NCBI GenBank assembly: GCA_047967505.1
Contig: CM106538.1
Source: Dipteris shenzhenensis
Taxonomy: Eukaryota
Length of the DNA: 64,000 nucleotides
Strand: one strand, 5' to 3'
Positions 41,728-52,606 of the stretch are shown here, piece by piece. The translations under genes were made by a program, and so were the position numbers. The notes below the pieces were generated by a model. It was not told where the DNA came from. It saw only the letters and a program-made list of their open reading frames with translations, and searched no databases. Within the stretch, counting starts at the first letter, position 1. Every line of letters begins with the position of its first letter.

Positions 41728-43029
41728 TAGTTAACTACACATGTTTTGACCCTACTTAGGGTCCAACCTAGGGTTTGGTCTCTATGACTACCCTAGTGTT
41801 CTCTTTCATTCTTGTTGCTGCAATTCCATTTTCAGCTTCATGTTACCTTGCACACTTGCTTCCATTACCAGCATTTGGTATTAAAGCTAGGTTTCCCTTA
41901 CTCCCTAGCACCTCCCCGGCACCCATGGAGCATTTTTGTCTCAAAGAAAGTATGAAATCAGTTTGTTTTTGCTGTCAGCCGCCACTTTTTCAACATGAGA
42001 GCTCCACATACTGCTCCAACGTTAGGCAATTGACTCTGGAGCTGATTTGTTTTCTTTTGAGCCCATTTCTATGCCGGTCTCCACTTGTTTTTGCCCTGTT
42101 TGAACCTGTTTTTTGCTGTCCACAGCAGGCACCATCAGTTTCCAGCCCTGTTGCAGCATTTTGGAGTACGTTTCTAAGCAGGCGAAATAAGTTTTGGTAT
42201 TTCTGAACTGGTTTTGTCGATCCCAGAACAGGTCAAACTGTTCTTTTACAGTTTCTCACTTCCTGAACAGCTTCTACAACAAGGTGACTTGATCTGGAGC
42301 AGATTTGGTGCATTTTGAAGCAGTTTTTAAAACAAAACAGCTGCTGGTTGTCAGATCTATTTTGCTACATTTGCTGCCCCAGTCACTTCTTTCTAAGAGC
42401 TTTTGGAGCTGCTACAGCACTGGGCGACCACTTCCTAATGTTGTTTTTGCTGCAGCACGAATTTCTAAGCAGAGGTACCTGTTTTTCACAAGCAGCACAT
42501 GTTTCGAGGTGAAATTTGGGAATTTTTTCCTGTTTACCAGCTGTTCAAATCATTTGGGACTGTTTTTGTGCTTCTGGAGTTGTCTACTTGCTGTTTTGAA
42601 TCTGTTTCAAGCAGCTTTGTGAAGGGACAGCTTGTTTTTTGCACCCCCGAGTGCATAAACAGCCCATGGAGTTCTTCCATTTGCTGTTTTGGACAAATAG
42701 AGGTAATTTCAGTGGGGTATATGCATTGTTGAGCCAAGCATTGGCTAGTTTGGGCAGACATTCTGAGTGTGCTACACTTCCCAGCAAGGGACAGCTTTGA
42801 AGTGCAGCTTCAAGCCACTAAGTATTGGCTTTGAAAGTGGGAATTTTTCGGTTGACAGCAATCACCTAAGAGTGCCGGAGATAGACCTGATAGAGCTTGG
42901 AATAGCAAGACATTCAGATGATGCACCAAACGTTACTGCATACAGCTGACATCTACTGGATATGGGAGCAGTCCACAATCTGATTATATACAACGGTCTT
43001 CTCAAATGCCTGTTGTCAGGGGAGCTCAC

Positions 43030-44732
43030 CTGATTCCCACATGGAGGAGGATCGAGTACAGTGGATTACCTATTGGGATCCCCAACCTTTGTGTCACATA
43101 TACATGATCTCACTGTGCCCACCCCCCCACTAGGCGCTGACCACTCCTATCTGGTCTCAGTCCCCATGCTGGCCATCGGACAGAGCCCACTAGCCTCCAC
43201 TCGGGTCCAGGTGCACTTTGACCATGCCCTTGATACAATGTACATGAGTCACCTATCCCATGAGCTGCCAAACTCTCTTGGAGACTATGCAAGACCTCCC
43301 ATGCCTCAAACACTCTGGTAACAGTGGTTTAGGATGCCACAGTTAAATTCTTCCCCAAGACCTGATCTACATTACGCTCCCCAGCGGGGAAGATGCCCCA
43401 AAATCCGTGGTTCGATGATGAGTGCCGAGAGATGAGATCCCATCTCATATAGGAGCAAGCCCTGGGGCGCCTTACAAGGACGCCTTACGAGGATTGAGGC
43501 ACAGCACATGTTACGTCGAGTGACTCGCTAGAAGAGACGATCTTTCCTCTCACATCAGGTGGATGAGGTGATTAGATATTTTCACCTTTGGATGGGGGCT
43601 CCTTTCTGGGGGTAAGTCACCCATTCCTATTACCGATCCAAGGGTTTGGCACACATATGCAACCCCGCTCTACGATGCCCCAAGCAATCACCGCTAGACT
43701 TGTCTTCCTTACCCAAGCCCACCACGTTCTCCTTGTTAACTGCACAGAATGTACGAGCTGCGCTACACCGGCTCCACAACCGAAAGCCACGGATCATGAG
43801 GGATTGAGGACGGAATACTTTGCACATGGGCATGAGATCCTAGGACAGATGCTTAATCATGCGGTATATCTTGGCTTTCTTTCTGCTTGGAGCACCACTA
43901 CCATTGTGCTGATACACAAAGCAAGAGACCCAATGGATATGGGAAATTACCGCACGCTCATGATACGTCATACACTGGCCAAGATATATGGATCGATGTT
44001 ACAGTGAGAGATCAGCTCCTATACTGAGGTACATGGGCAACGAGCAATGGGTCGAGCAATGTTTCCAACGGCAGCACTCCACCCTTGATCACATTTCACC
44101 TTACGAGCAGTCATTGAAGAGGCAAGGTCCACATCCCAGAAAGTGTATGGTTGCTTCGTAGACTTTCGGAAGGCTTTTGACAGTCCCACGAGCCTGACTG
44201 ATATGGAGACTTCAGGAGATGCAGATACTAGAAGTCATGATCTGGAGTGTAATGACCCTATATGAGTCTCTCAGCAGGCGAGTACATGCACCTGGAGGTT
44301 TGGTAGATTGGGTTGAGAGCACGATTGGGGTGAAGCAAGGATGCCCACTCTCTCCAAGCCTCTTTGGGCTTTATAGTGACGAGATCACAACATTCATTGA
44401 CCGCCTAGGAGGAGAGGGATCCCTACTTGCGGACTTGATGATACAGATCCTACTGTATGCAGATGACATGGTTCTCATCTCCTCCTCTACAGCAGGCTTA
44501 CAATGGCATCTTGAGGCTCTAGAGGTGTTATGCAAAGAGAGAGACCTGACGGTTAACCTTGGCAAGACCAAGGTCATGATTTTCAACACCTCACGTGCAG
44601 TAGTACTCCGGCAGCATAGCTTCACATATCGAGGGGAGCTAGTGGAGATAGTACATACATATACATATCTCGAGACAGTTTTCGCGTGATCTAGCTTCAC
44701 GATGACACACAGCTAGGACACGACTCACACGA
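43030..44732 (+). mobile_element. RTE/RTEX-like LINE piece A (end of endonuclease plus RT)
   Basis: VDYLLG, ADH, PWFDDECR, GNYRTLMI, CFVDFRKAFD, GVKQGCPLSP, LLYADD, NLGKTKVM, YTYL. Confidence 0.85.
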
Positions 44733-45500
44733 CCAACACACACCTGATTGCGGAAGTGGATCAATCGGGAGAGTGGATCGAATTTGTGCCCCTCCTAGTA
44801 GTAGTGCGCGTCCTTGGATCTCATAGTAAGCAGGGTCCACTGCTACTAGTGTCCATAACCTAGAAATCCAGTGCTCTCTAGGCGTGCCCGTGGCCCTCCC
44901 TGCCTCGATCCTCACCTCGTGAGACGAGACTTGCATATGCCCTATGGCAATCCTCAGTGCATGGGTAACTCGCCTGTCCTCTAGATACTGGGGCCTGATG
45001 ATCAGTCCCATCATATGATACTCTCAGGAAGTGGTCGCGGTAAAACTGGAACTTGGTAGGGAACTCTTGGTCCCCTCCCAAGTCCGTGATGTATATAACT
45101 ATGGAGTAAGTCCAACCATATGATGCTGTTGATCTCATCTCGTGGGATCTCGAGGGATGGGGAGTCTAGACTATACTGAAAGGGGGGAGATGGTCCATGT
45201 GAATGCTGTGAGACCGAAATTATTCGGAGATACGTGCATACCAAGCTATGCTGATCGCACTCTCACCTAGTCGTCTGGATGACTCTACTACCAATCTCAG
45301 TAATCTCCATCAGGATAAGGCCCATATACCCTGTGTAGATATATCACTGTCCAGAAGATGGCATCAATCTGCAATGGTGTCATAGTGAACTCAGCCTGTA
45401 TGATTTGGTGAGGAATCGACGATTTACCCCTGATCATCCTGGACCCCATGATAATATGTAGCCTCTCGAATCTCCGCCACTTAGACTCAGAGTAGATGGG
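44733..45500 (-). mobile_element. RTE/RTEX-like LINE piece B (post-RT C-terminus)
   Basis: HALRIAIGHMQVSSHEVRIEAGR..PREH, homologous to piece D. Confidence 0.8.
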
Positions 45501-45671
45501 AATAATTTCTTTAATCATCGCAACAGTTTTGGCTGCAACAACAATACCAATCAAGGCAAGCATCCCCCAGGAAAAATTAAACTTCCCAAATACAATAGTA
45601 GGGTCAATCCAACCTGATTCCTCCAGCATTTTGATGTCGCCTGCCGAGCTGGAGGAGATCAAACCAATGAA

Positions 45672-46020
45672 ACCCATCAGATACAGAGATCCCAGAGACC
45701 ACGCCCCCCACCATGATAGGAGAAAGCAGCTATAGATACATGACATCTTTGCTTCCTATCGGAGAGATACCACGACTCCTGGATATATCCTCGGAGCTTT
45801 TGCAATACCTACTAGAGTCTCTTGAGAGTTCCAGAGAGTGTGACTTGGAGTTTTGAGGGTTTTTGAGATCATTAGCTTAGCTTAGCACTCAGCAATGGCC
45901 TTAGCAAGTCCTTTGCTTCAGGCCATGGTGGTGTGTATGAGTTATTATGCTGACTGTACTTTGTCTCATAGGCCCGCGAGGCCTCTTGAAGACGTTAATA
46001 CAACTTTCTTTCTTTCTTTC
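45672..46020 (+). mobile_element. RTE/RTEX-like LINE piece C (3' UTR and (TTTC)n tail)
   Basis: Terminal GTCTCATAG..GAAGAC motif and (CTTT)4 tail match the 3' end of piece D. Left boundary approximate. Confidence 0.65.
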
Positions 46021-46051
46021 TCTCTTTAAGATGAAAGTCATTGTGGAGGTT

Positions 46052-47668
46052 GAAAGAAAGAAAGAAATTTAATTAGAGTCTTCGGAAGACCGATGGGTCT
46101 ATGAGACTGAAAGAAAACCTGATACAAATCACAGTAAGGGTGGAGCTACTGAAATGAGCATCATCACCCGTGCTGAATCCTAAGTTTGATCATACATAAT
46201 CAAATACATCTAGATGTAACAATGAAAAGGAAAGGACTGGAGTGGAGCGGACTCCTCCGTATGTCATGTCGCCCTGGCTGGTGCATAGCCGGCGATGGGA
46301 TGCTGGCGCCCATCAAGGGGTGCCGTGCGTCTCGGTCTCCTGGACGAGACTCGACGCAAGACCAGAGCCACCGTGACTCTCGTGGGACGTATCCCAGGTC
46401 TAAACAATGACGAGAGGTCCCCCAGAGTGATCTGTGTGTCCCCTCGATGTCTCGTGTGTCGTGCTGCGATCGTCGGGTAGGGATCTCTGCCACGTCTGCG
46501 GCTAGAGATTGGACGATCAATGTCACTCGATGGGAAGAACTCTGTGATCCTGCTCTAAGAGGTGTCGGATGATGTGGCCATCGCCTGAGTGAGTACTCTC
46601 TGTGTCGGACCCCCTCGTGAATGAAGGCCGCGAGGCATCTTTGATCTCGGTAGGCGAGGAATCTGGAAACGAGCCAGGAGTTGTCTCTAAAGAGGCAATG
46701 GTAGCGACCTCAGATCTCGTAGTACATTGGGCACTTGCAAATAAAATGCTCCTCTGACTCAACGTCCTGACAGTCGCACAATATGCATAAGCGATGCTCC
46801 CTAGGAATCCCCTCTACTCTGCCGCTCTCTATGCGGAGGCGGTGTGATGATACCCGAAACTGTCCGATGGAGATCCGTAGTGAATGAGGCATATGAAGCT
46901 CAGTGTACCCCAGTGGTGTGATGAATCCCTCCTCCGAAATACGAAGACAGTAATCTTTGTAGAAACTCAGCTTCACTCGAAGCTCCCTCAACTCCAACCA
47001 AGGTCCTAAAGGTATGTAGCTGCAGGAGATCCTCTCGAATGACCTGGTTGGTCTGTGGCCCGATCGGGATGATGGGTGGGAGTACCGGAGGGGCATCTAA
47101 ATTGTACTGAAAAGAAGGTATCCTATCGATGTGGAACCCTAGTCTCACAAACCATCTGTGAGTCCGTGCATACCAACATCACTCGTCTCCCTCTACTGCC
47201 AACCTCATGGAGGAATCGAGAGCCAACCATGGCAACCTCTGTCTCCCTAATGTGCAGTCCCCATATGATCTAACCCGGTGTAGATATGTGATGGTCTGAA
47301 AGGTTGCATCTAGCTGGAGTGGAGAAGCACCAAACTCAGCCTAAATGATGTGATGTGGTACAGACGGTTTCCCCCGGATCATCCGTGAGAGCATGAGGAT
47401 CTGCAGGGCTCCACCCGTGTCCACTCTATCTCTGACATGTCAGGCCCCCAACAAGGGCTGCCATACATACCGGCTGGTCGGACCAAGGAGTCGAAGAGAA
47501 GAGCCTTGGTCCGAGGGTCCTGAAAGCGGGAGTGGAAGCATTGTCTCTCTAGCCGAGCCAGTGAGGCGTATCCCCTGCTCAATCTAGCCTGCATCGCTGG
47601 TCTCATCGTGAAGATCGGGCCGGAGAAGATGACCCCCAAGTAAGTGTATGAGGATACGATCTCAACTG
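46052..47668 (-). mobile_element. RTE/RTEX-like LINE piece D, 5'-truncated, with (TTTC)n tail
   Basis: YTYLGVIF..TKALLFDSLVRP..YG..WG; RVSSHRLRIESGR..CILC..EEHFICKC; tail at 46052-46067. Confidence 0.85.
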
Positions 47669-48299
47669 GTAACAAAGGCAAATAAAACTGATATTTCAAG
47701 AAGAGATCAAGGAACACAAAGCTAGATGTGAAAATGCCTTGAAGATTCGAATAGGAGGGCTCCCCAAAAATTGGTACAAAGAGGACGACTCTTTAGTGAA
47801 ACCTTAGCACATGTCAAGCAGCCAAGCCCAACATTGAATGGAAGGCTGATGATGATTACGATGCTGATGAAGAGGGAGCAACTAATATCAAACATTCTTG
47901 AGGACAAGCTGTCATCACACTCAAATCACGTAACTTAAAGGTCAAGCTTCTCCACCAATCATCCAAGTTGAAAGGAGCAAAGGTATGGAGCTCACACAGG
48001 CTCAATTGAAGAACAAAGCAGCAGAATTAGCCGAAGTAAAGGCTGCGAGGAAAGATGGGAAATGGGCAGTATACCATGAAGGCATAGCAGTTATCAGAGA
48101 ATTTAAATCTGAACCGAAAAACTGAGTCTTAAACTGATGTATGGCCGATTATGCTTTATTAGATTATTATGTAGGTACTCCAAATAAACAGAGTTGCTTT
48201 TGCACTCTTTGGGAGCTGCCATGTGCCCTCCCCAAGCTGATGTACTAAGAGGCTTTTGTGCTGTCCTATAGACCTGTTGCTCTTCCATGGAAATTAATA

Positions 48300-48301
<2 letters not shown>

Positions 48302-48337
<36 letters not shown>
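48302..48337. repeat. (CT)18 microsatellite
   Basis: Read directly from the sequence. Confidence 0.95.
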
Positions 48338-48340
<3 letters not shown>

Positions 48341-48438
48341 CATTCAACGATAATTTATTATTTTCTCACAATTCTTTCAAAGCAATGCGTTCGAGCACAA
48401 GCAACTAATGTGCAAATTGGAGAGCCACTAAGACATAC

Positions 48439-48562
48439 AAGATCTTTCATGGTCAAAACATCTGGTCCTCCCAAATCATAGGTTTTCCCCATGCTGCTGC
48501 CATCATCTTTGACAGCTGTTACAAAAGCTGCTGCAACATCGGTGACGTGGACTGGTTGAAGT
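48439..48562 (-). CDS. NDUFA9: Complex I 39-kDa subunit, internal exon
   Basis: CAG acceptor, LQPVHVTDVAAAFVTAVKDDGSSMGKTYDLGGPDVLTMKDL, GTATGT donor; DDGSSMGKTY.LGGP is characteristic of plant NDUFA9. Confidence 0.93.
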
Positions 48563-49018
48563 CTGGCCACATGGAAAAAAAGAGAGAAACAAACACATGA
48601 GTCATATGCTTAGAGAAATGTAATCCTATTTCTGCTTTGTTGTACGTATAACGTAAGCATTCTCAAAAGGTTAGATCTTCTGACCACAATCAAATCAATA
48701 GGACGAACTTTATGCTTTAAGATGTTATGCCACACTCAACAGGGTGAAAAGAGAGAAAGGGAACACGCACATGTGTGTTTGTGTGTGTGTGCGCCCGTGT
48801 GCACAGACATTTTTTGGGGTGAAATCTACATAGCTTTATATTACAAACAGCAGTCCACACATAGGGAGCATGCAATTACAGCATCGAAAAACATCATTGT
48901 AAGACAAGTAAGCGCGATAATCTATCCAAAATACAAGTGCACGCTTGGCTTATCCTGAAGGTAGGTCCATTGATAGGTAGTCTTCTCTACATATGCACAC
49001 TTTGTGTGTGTGTGTGTG

Positions 49019-49392
49019 ATCCGACAGGGGCTTCGAGTGCGATTTCCTACTATCACATTTGGCAGGTTCTTCTGGTTGTTTGGTTTTCATCCAACTAGAC
49101 AGGGTTTTGATTTATTTTTTGTTTGGGTGCGCTACTAGGCACTGTGGACTCTATGGATGGACCACAATCATAGAGTTTTTGGTAATCCTACTTTTCCATC
49201 TTTTGTTTTTTTCAAACGATCTCTGCACCAATCGTTTTATGATTGCTTTCAGACTCATTTGATTGATCATGATGTACATACAGCTTACACTGAGATTTTC
49301 AGTTGAGTAGTAGTTACTCCACTTTTGAAGTAACTAAGAATGTAATTATTTTACAGAAATAAAATATTTCTTCTCACAAAAAAAAAAAAAAA
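49019..49392 (+). mobile_element. 374-bp poly(A)-tailed retroposed insert (SINE or truncated LINE) in a (GT)n repeat
   Basis: AATAAA at 49358-49363, A15 at 49378-49392, (GT)n on both sides. Confidence 0.65.
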
Positions 49393-49689
49393 GTGTGTGT
49401 GTGTGTGTGTGGCTGGTATTTCACTATAATTAAAAAAAAGTGTGTGTGGCTGGCTGTCCATTCTCTTCTCAAACTGATTCAGGACTGGCAGTAGCTTCTG
49501 GATTATCTCCACTGGTCTAGTAGACCTCCAGATCTTGGTCACACACTTCAATTGTAGAGTCTTCACTGGAGTCTGCTCCTTTGGCTCACTTGCAGCCTCA
49601 CAAGGCGTATGTTTTACACCGACTCGGAGTTTCTAATACAGTGGCAATTGTGGATGATTGGGGTTATACACTTTCCTTTCCACAAGCCA

Positions 49690-50045
49690 TGAGATGATAT
49701 TGTACAGCCAGCTTGTCCATACAGGTACCTCGCCGTACAAGTGTACCTGCAGCAGCCCACAGCTGCTTTTGTCTGCGTTTTGCAGGTTCCGTGGTGCACA
49801 GGTTTTCTTTGCAGGAGGATTCAAGAAGATTTGAGCATTTTGCAAAATTTGGGGCTTTTCTTGAATTTGCCCCAATTTTAGCTCAATTTCCCCCTGCAAT
49901 TTAGGGCTTTTGGTCTTGGACACTCATTTTGCAGGATTTGGGGCTTTTGGCCAATTTGCAAGTGTTTTGCAGGCACATTTGGCAGAGTTGGTGAAAAATT
50001 TATGCTTTTGGGCTGATGCATGGGGCTGGACTTCCAACAGTGACT
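49690..50045 (+). mobile_element. Fragment resembling the leader of the Copia at 3377
   Basis: A GTAC cluster followed by TTGCAAAATTTGGGGCTTTT-type sequence like that at 4200-4560. Confidence 0.55.
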
Positions 50046-52606
50046 TGTGAGGGGCTGCACAAGGACAGTCAAGGTTAGTTCCTTATTGAATTTCAGCTTG
50101 AGCCAAGAGCTCTATACAGATGCGATTTGGCATTATAACAATGTCTATATCAAAAGCTGAGTACTAATGAGACAGCCCAGGCCTTTTATAGGGTTAAGGG
50201 AAGCTGTTTTACAATATGGGGTAGTTCCCCCAAACTGCCACGTGGCAACTCTTAAGTAGCATAGAGTACATAGTACTAGCCGCAAAGCCATAATAAGCTA
50301 ACTAGACTAACCCCTTTGTTACATTTTATCTTACTCAATTATCTCCCAAGCAAAGAAGGTGGCTTTCCATTGTACAAACCTATGATTTTTAAAGGACAGG
50401 TCTAAAACAGATGTAAGACCGTCACCCTTGCATGAGAGCAAGTGGGACAAGTGGAGGAAGCAATGCGCGTGGAGGCCAAGAAGATCCCACCGGTAAAGCC
50501 CCAACCAAATGCGCCGAAGAGAAGTTCTCCACCAATAAAGGGACTTATTCAAATGCCAAAAGTGATTACCATAATACTGAATCCAAGGGTGTGGAAGCAA
50601 GAAATGATATGCCTTCTTAGCAGAAAGATCCACAAATGAAAAGGAGAAGTAACCTGGAGCAAGGGGAGAGTAGAAAATGGACGAGGGACAGGCTGTGAAG
50701 AGGCTGCAATAAGGTGGCAATAATACGCCAAATAGGTCTGTGATGCAGCCCGGATGTTCGGACAAAAACAGTGCGGCAGTCCGTACTATGCAGACTGTAC
50801 GGGTAGGGTGCGGACTGTTGTACGGCGGTGGTACATATGGCTCGTTGGTCAACTGTACAATGGATGCAAAAAACACAGTAGAGCTATACATACCTTTATA
50901 GTCTATCAGATCCACAATTCTGTCACCCAAGCCCATCCTTCAAGAAGCATCTCTGTCACTTGTCTCGCCTTCTCACGGACTCATGGACTCGCATCACCCA
51001 AGGTTCTCCACGCCTTCTTCATAGCGATGCCCTCGCCATCAAACCGCTCCCTCCTTCACAAGTGCTCCCTCCAATAGCTATCACAAGAGCAATTGACTCC
51101 CTCCAACAAAGCTACGGCCTCTCGTCAAGAAAAACTCCAACGTCCATCCCGCACCCATATCACCCCAAAGAACCTCAGTCGACGCCTCCAGCAGAGCTCA
51201 CGTAATTCCTCCCGTCTCCTTCACATGAAGATAACCAGCAACGCAGCTTCACTCGTCATCACAAAGCTCATGGAGCTCATGGACTTCCGTCGTCTAAGAT
51301 CTTCCCAGCAAGCATAGTCCTCTATCAAGCCACCTCCTACTGTAGAAATTCCATAGCTTCCGAGAAACGGCCCTTCTTTCCACCAGCCTCCAACAAGAGT
51401 CACAGCCGGCGACCCCAGCAAGATCCCAGCACCCAGCTTCTCTCCTTAGCCGCTCTCTTGCTCATAGAGCTCACCCTCTCTGTCGCCCACGATCGTCCAG
51501 GCCTCTCCAGCCCGATCCATCAGCCCATCTCTCACAAGCTCACACAGTGCCATAACTCCCTGATAGCCAATTGCTTGCACTGCCTTATCGAGTAGCTTGC
51601 CTATGGCCTTCTCGCATCCAAGGTACTGATTCAGCCTCCATAGTCAAGACCACCTCCAAAAGCTCCCATCCCCCAAGCAATCAACTCACCCTCTCCCTTC
51701 AAGAAGCTCTCCGCCCACGTGAAGTAGAGACGCCCTTCTCCTTCCAAGACCATCTTTTCGTCGCCTTTCTCTGTACGTGCTTTTTTAATCTAGATCATCA
51801 CGTAGCCAGTTTGCATGCATGGCTTACCTTCTTCTTCTTTTTTTTACACGTCATCCCACGGTTTTTTACCCCTCTCAAAGGTTTTCTTAACCTTAGGTCC
51901 ATTAATCCCAAACCTTAGGCTTTAAGCACATCCTTATTCACAACCTTCAAGCAAAAACTTGGGTGCTTGATTGCCACACATGACCGCACATTCATGAAGC
52001 CCACAACCCATGATATGAATACTCACCTGTCTTACAATCAGGAACCACTCATGGCAAGATAAACATAATACAGGACAACAATGAAAGACATGTCATCCCA
52101 CACCAAATGCTTTGGAGTGTTTGATGCACCCACACTGCTCTATCATCATATCCTGGGAGTCCCTGCAAAAGTATCTACAATCTCAAGAAGATATCTACAT
52201 CAATATAGAGTTCTTATGAGAGTGTCCATAACTCAAAGCCACCACCCACTAGCTATGTACATAGCTATGCACTTGCCCATCAGTATGCAACAAGTGAAAA
52301 ACATATTTACAATTTTATCCGCACATCTCTAGCAACCCCTTTCTTCTGTTGTGACATTCATTTCCAGCAATGAGTCGAAAAGAGATGAAAGATTCAGATT
52401 CTCTTCTTCTTCACTTTGCACTGATTTCCACCGCTTCTGCCATAGCTCATTATCGTCATGATCTTTCTCTTTCAGTGCTACCATCAACCGTGCAAAGTAT
52501 TTCTTCCACTGGACACCATTGACTCTCTTCTTATACCTCTTACCATCTAAATCAGGCAATTGATAAGTTCCATTTTTAAATTTATTCTTCGCTCCATATG
52601 GACCTT

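Larger units (their letters stand above)
41728..48100 (+). mobile_element. Fragmented Gypsy-type 5' region (LTR end, PBS, leader, gag) hosting the RTE-like LINE pieces
   Basis: ..ACCAGCA ends at 41873, PBS TGGTATTAAAGC at 41876-41887, T-rich leader, gag-like KIKLPKYNSRVNPT*FLQHFDVAC at about 45570-45645. Right boundary uncertain. Confidence 0.55.

Noticed and set aside
43030-45500. Twin-priming 5' inversion as the explanation for pieces A and B
   Set aside because: Twin priming gives a head-to-head junction with the tail retained; this junction is tail-to-tail with no tail.
45297-45746. 149-aa membrane-protein-like ORF
   Set aside because: Chimera of antisense gag or LINE UTR sequence and LINE piece B.
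48940-48992. Possible further NDUFA9 exon
   Set aside because: No frame resembles the expected upstream peptide (G.EDR.LN.W..LP.IG.G).
49019-49050. tRNA-derived SINE head
   Set aside because: Only a weak B-box-like GCTTCGAGTGC; no A box or cloverleaf.
50331-50936. 201-aa minus-strand ORF in the Gypsy 3' region
   Set aside because: Non-ATG start, no recognisable domain, and it crosses the GTAC cluster up to the PPT.
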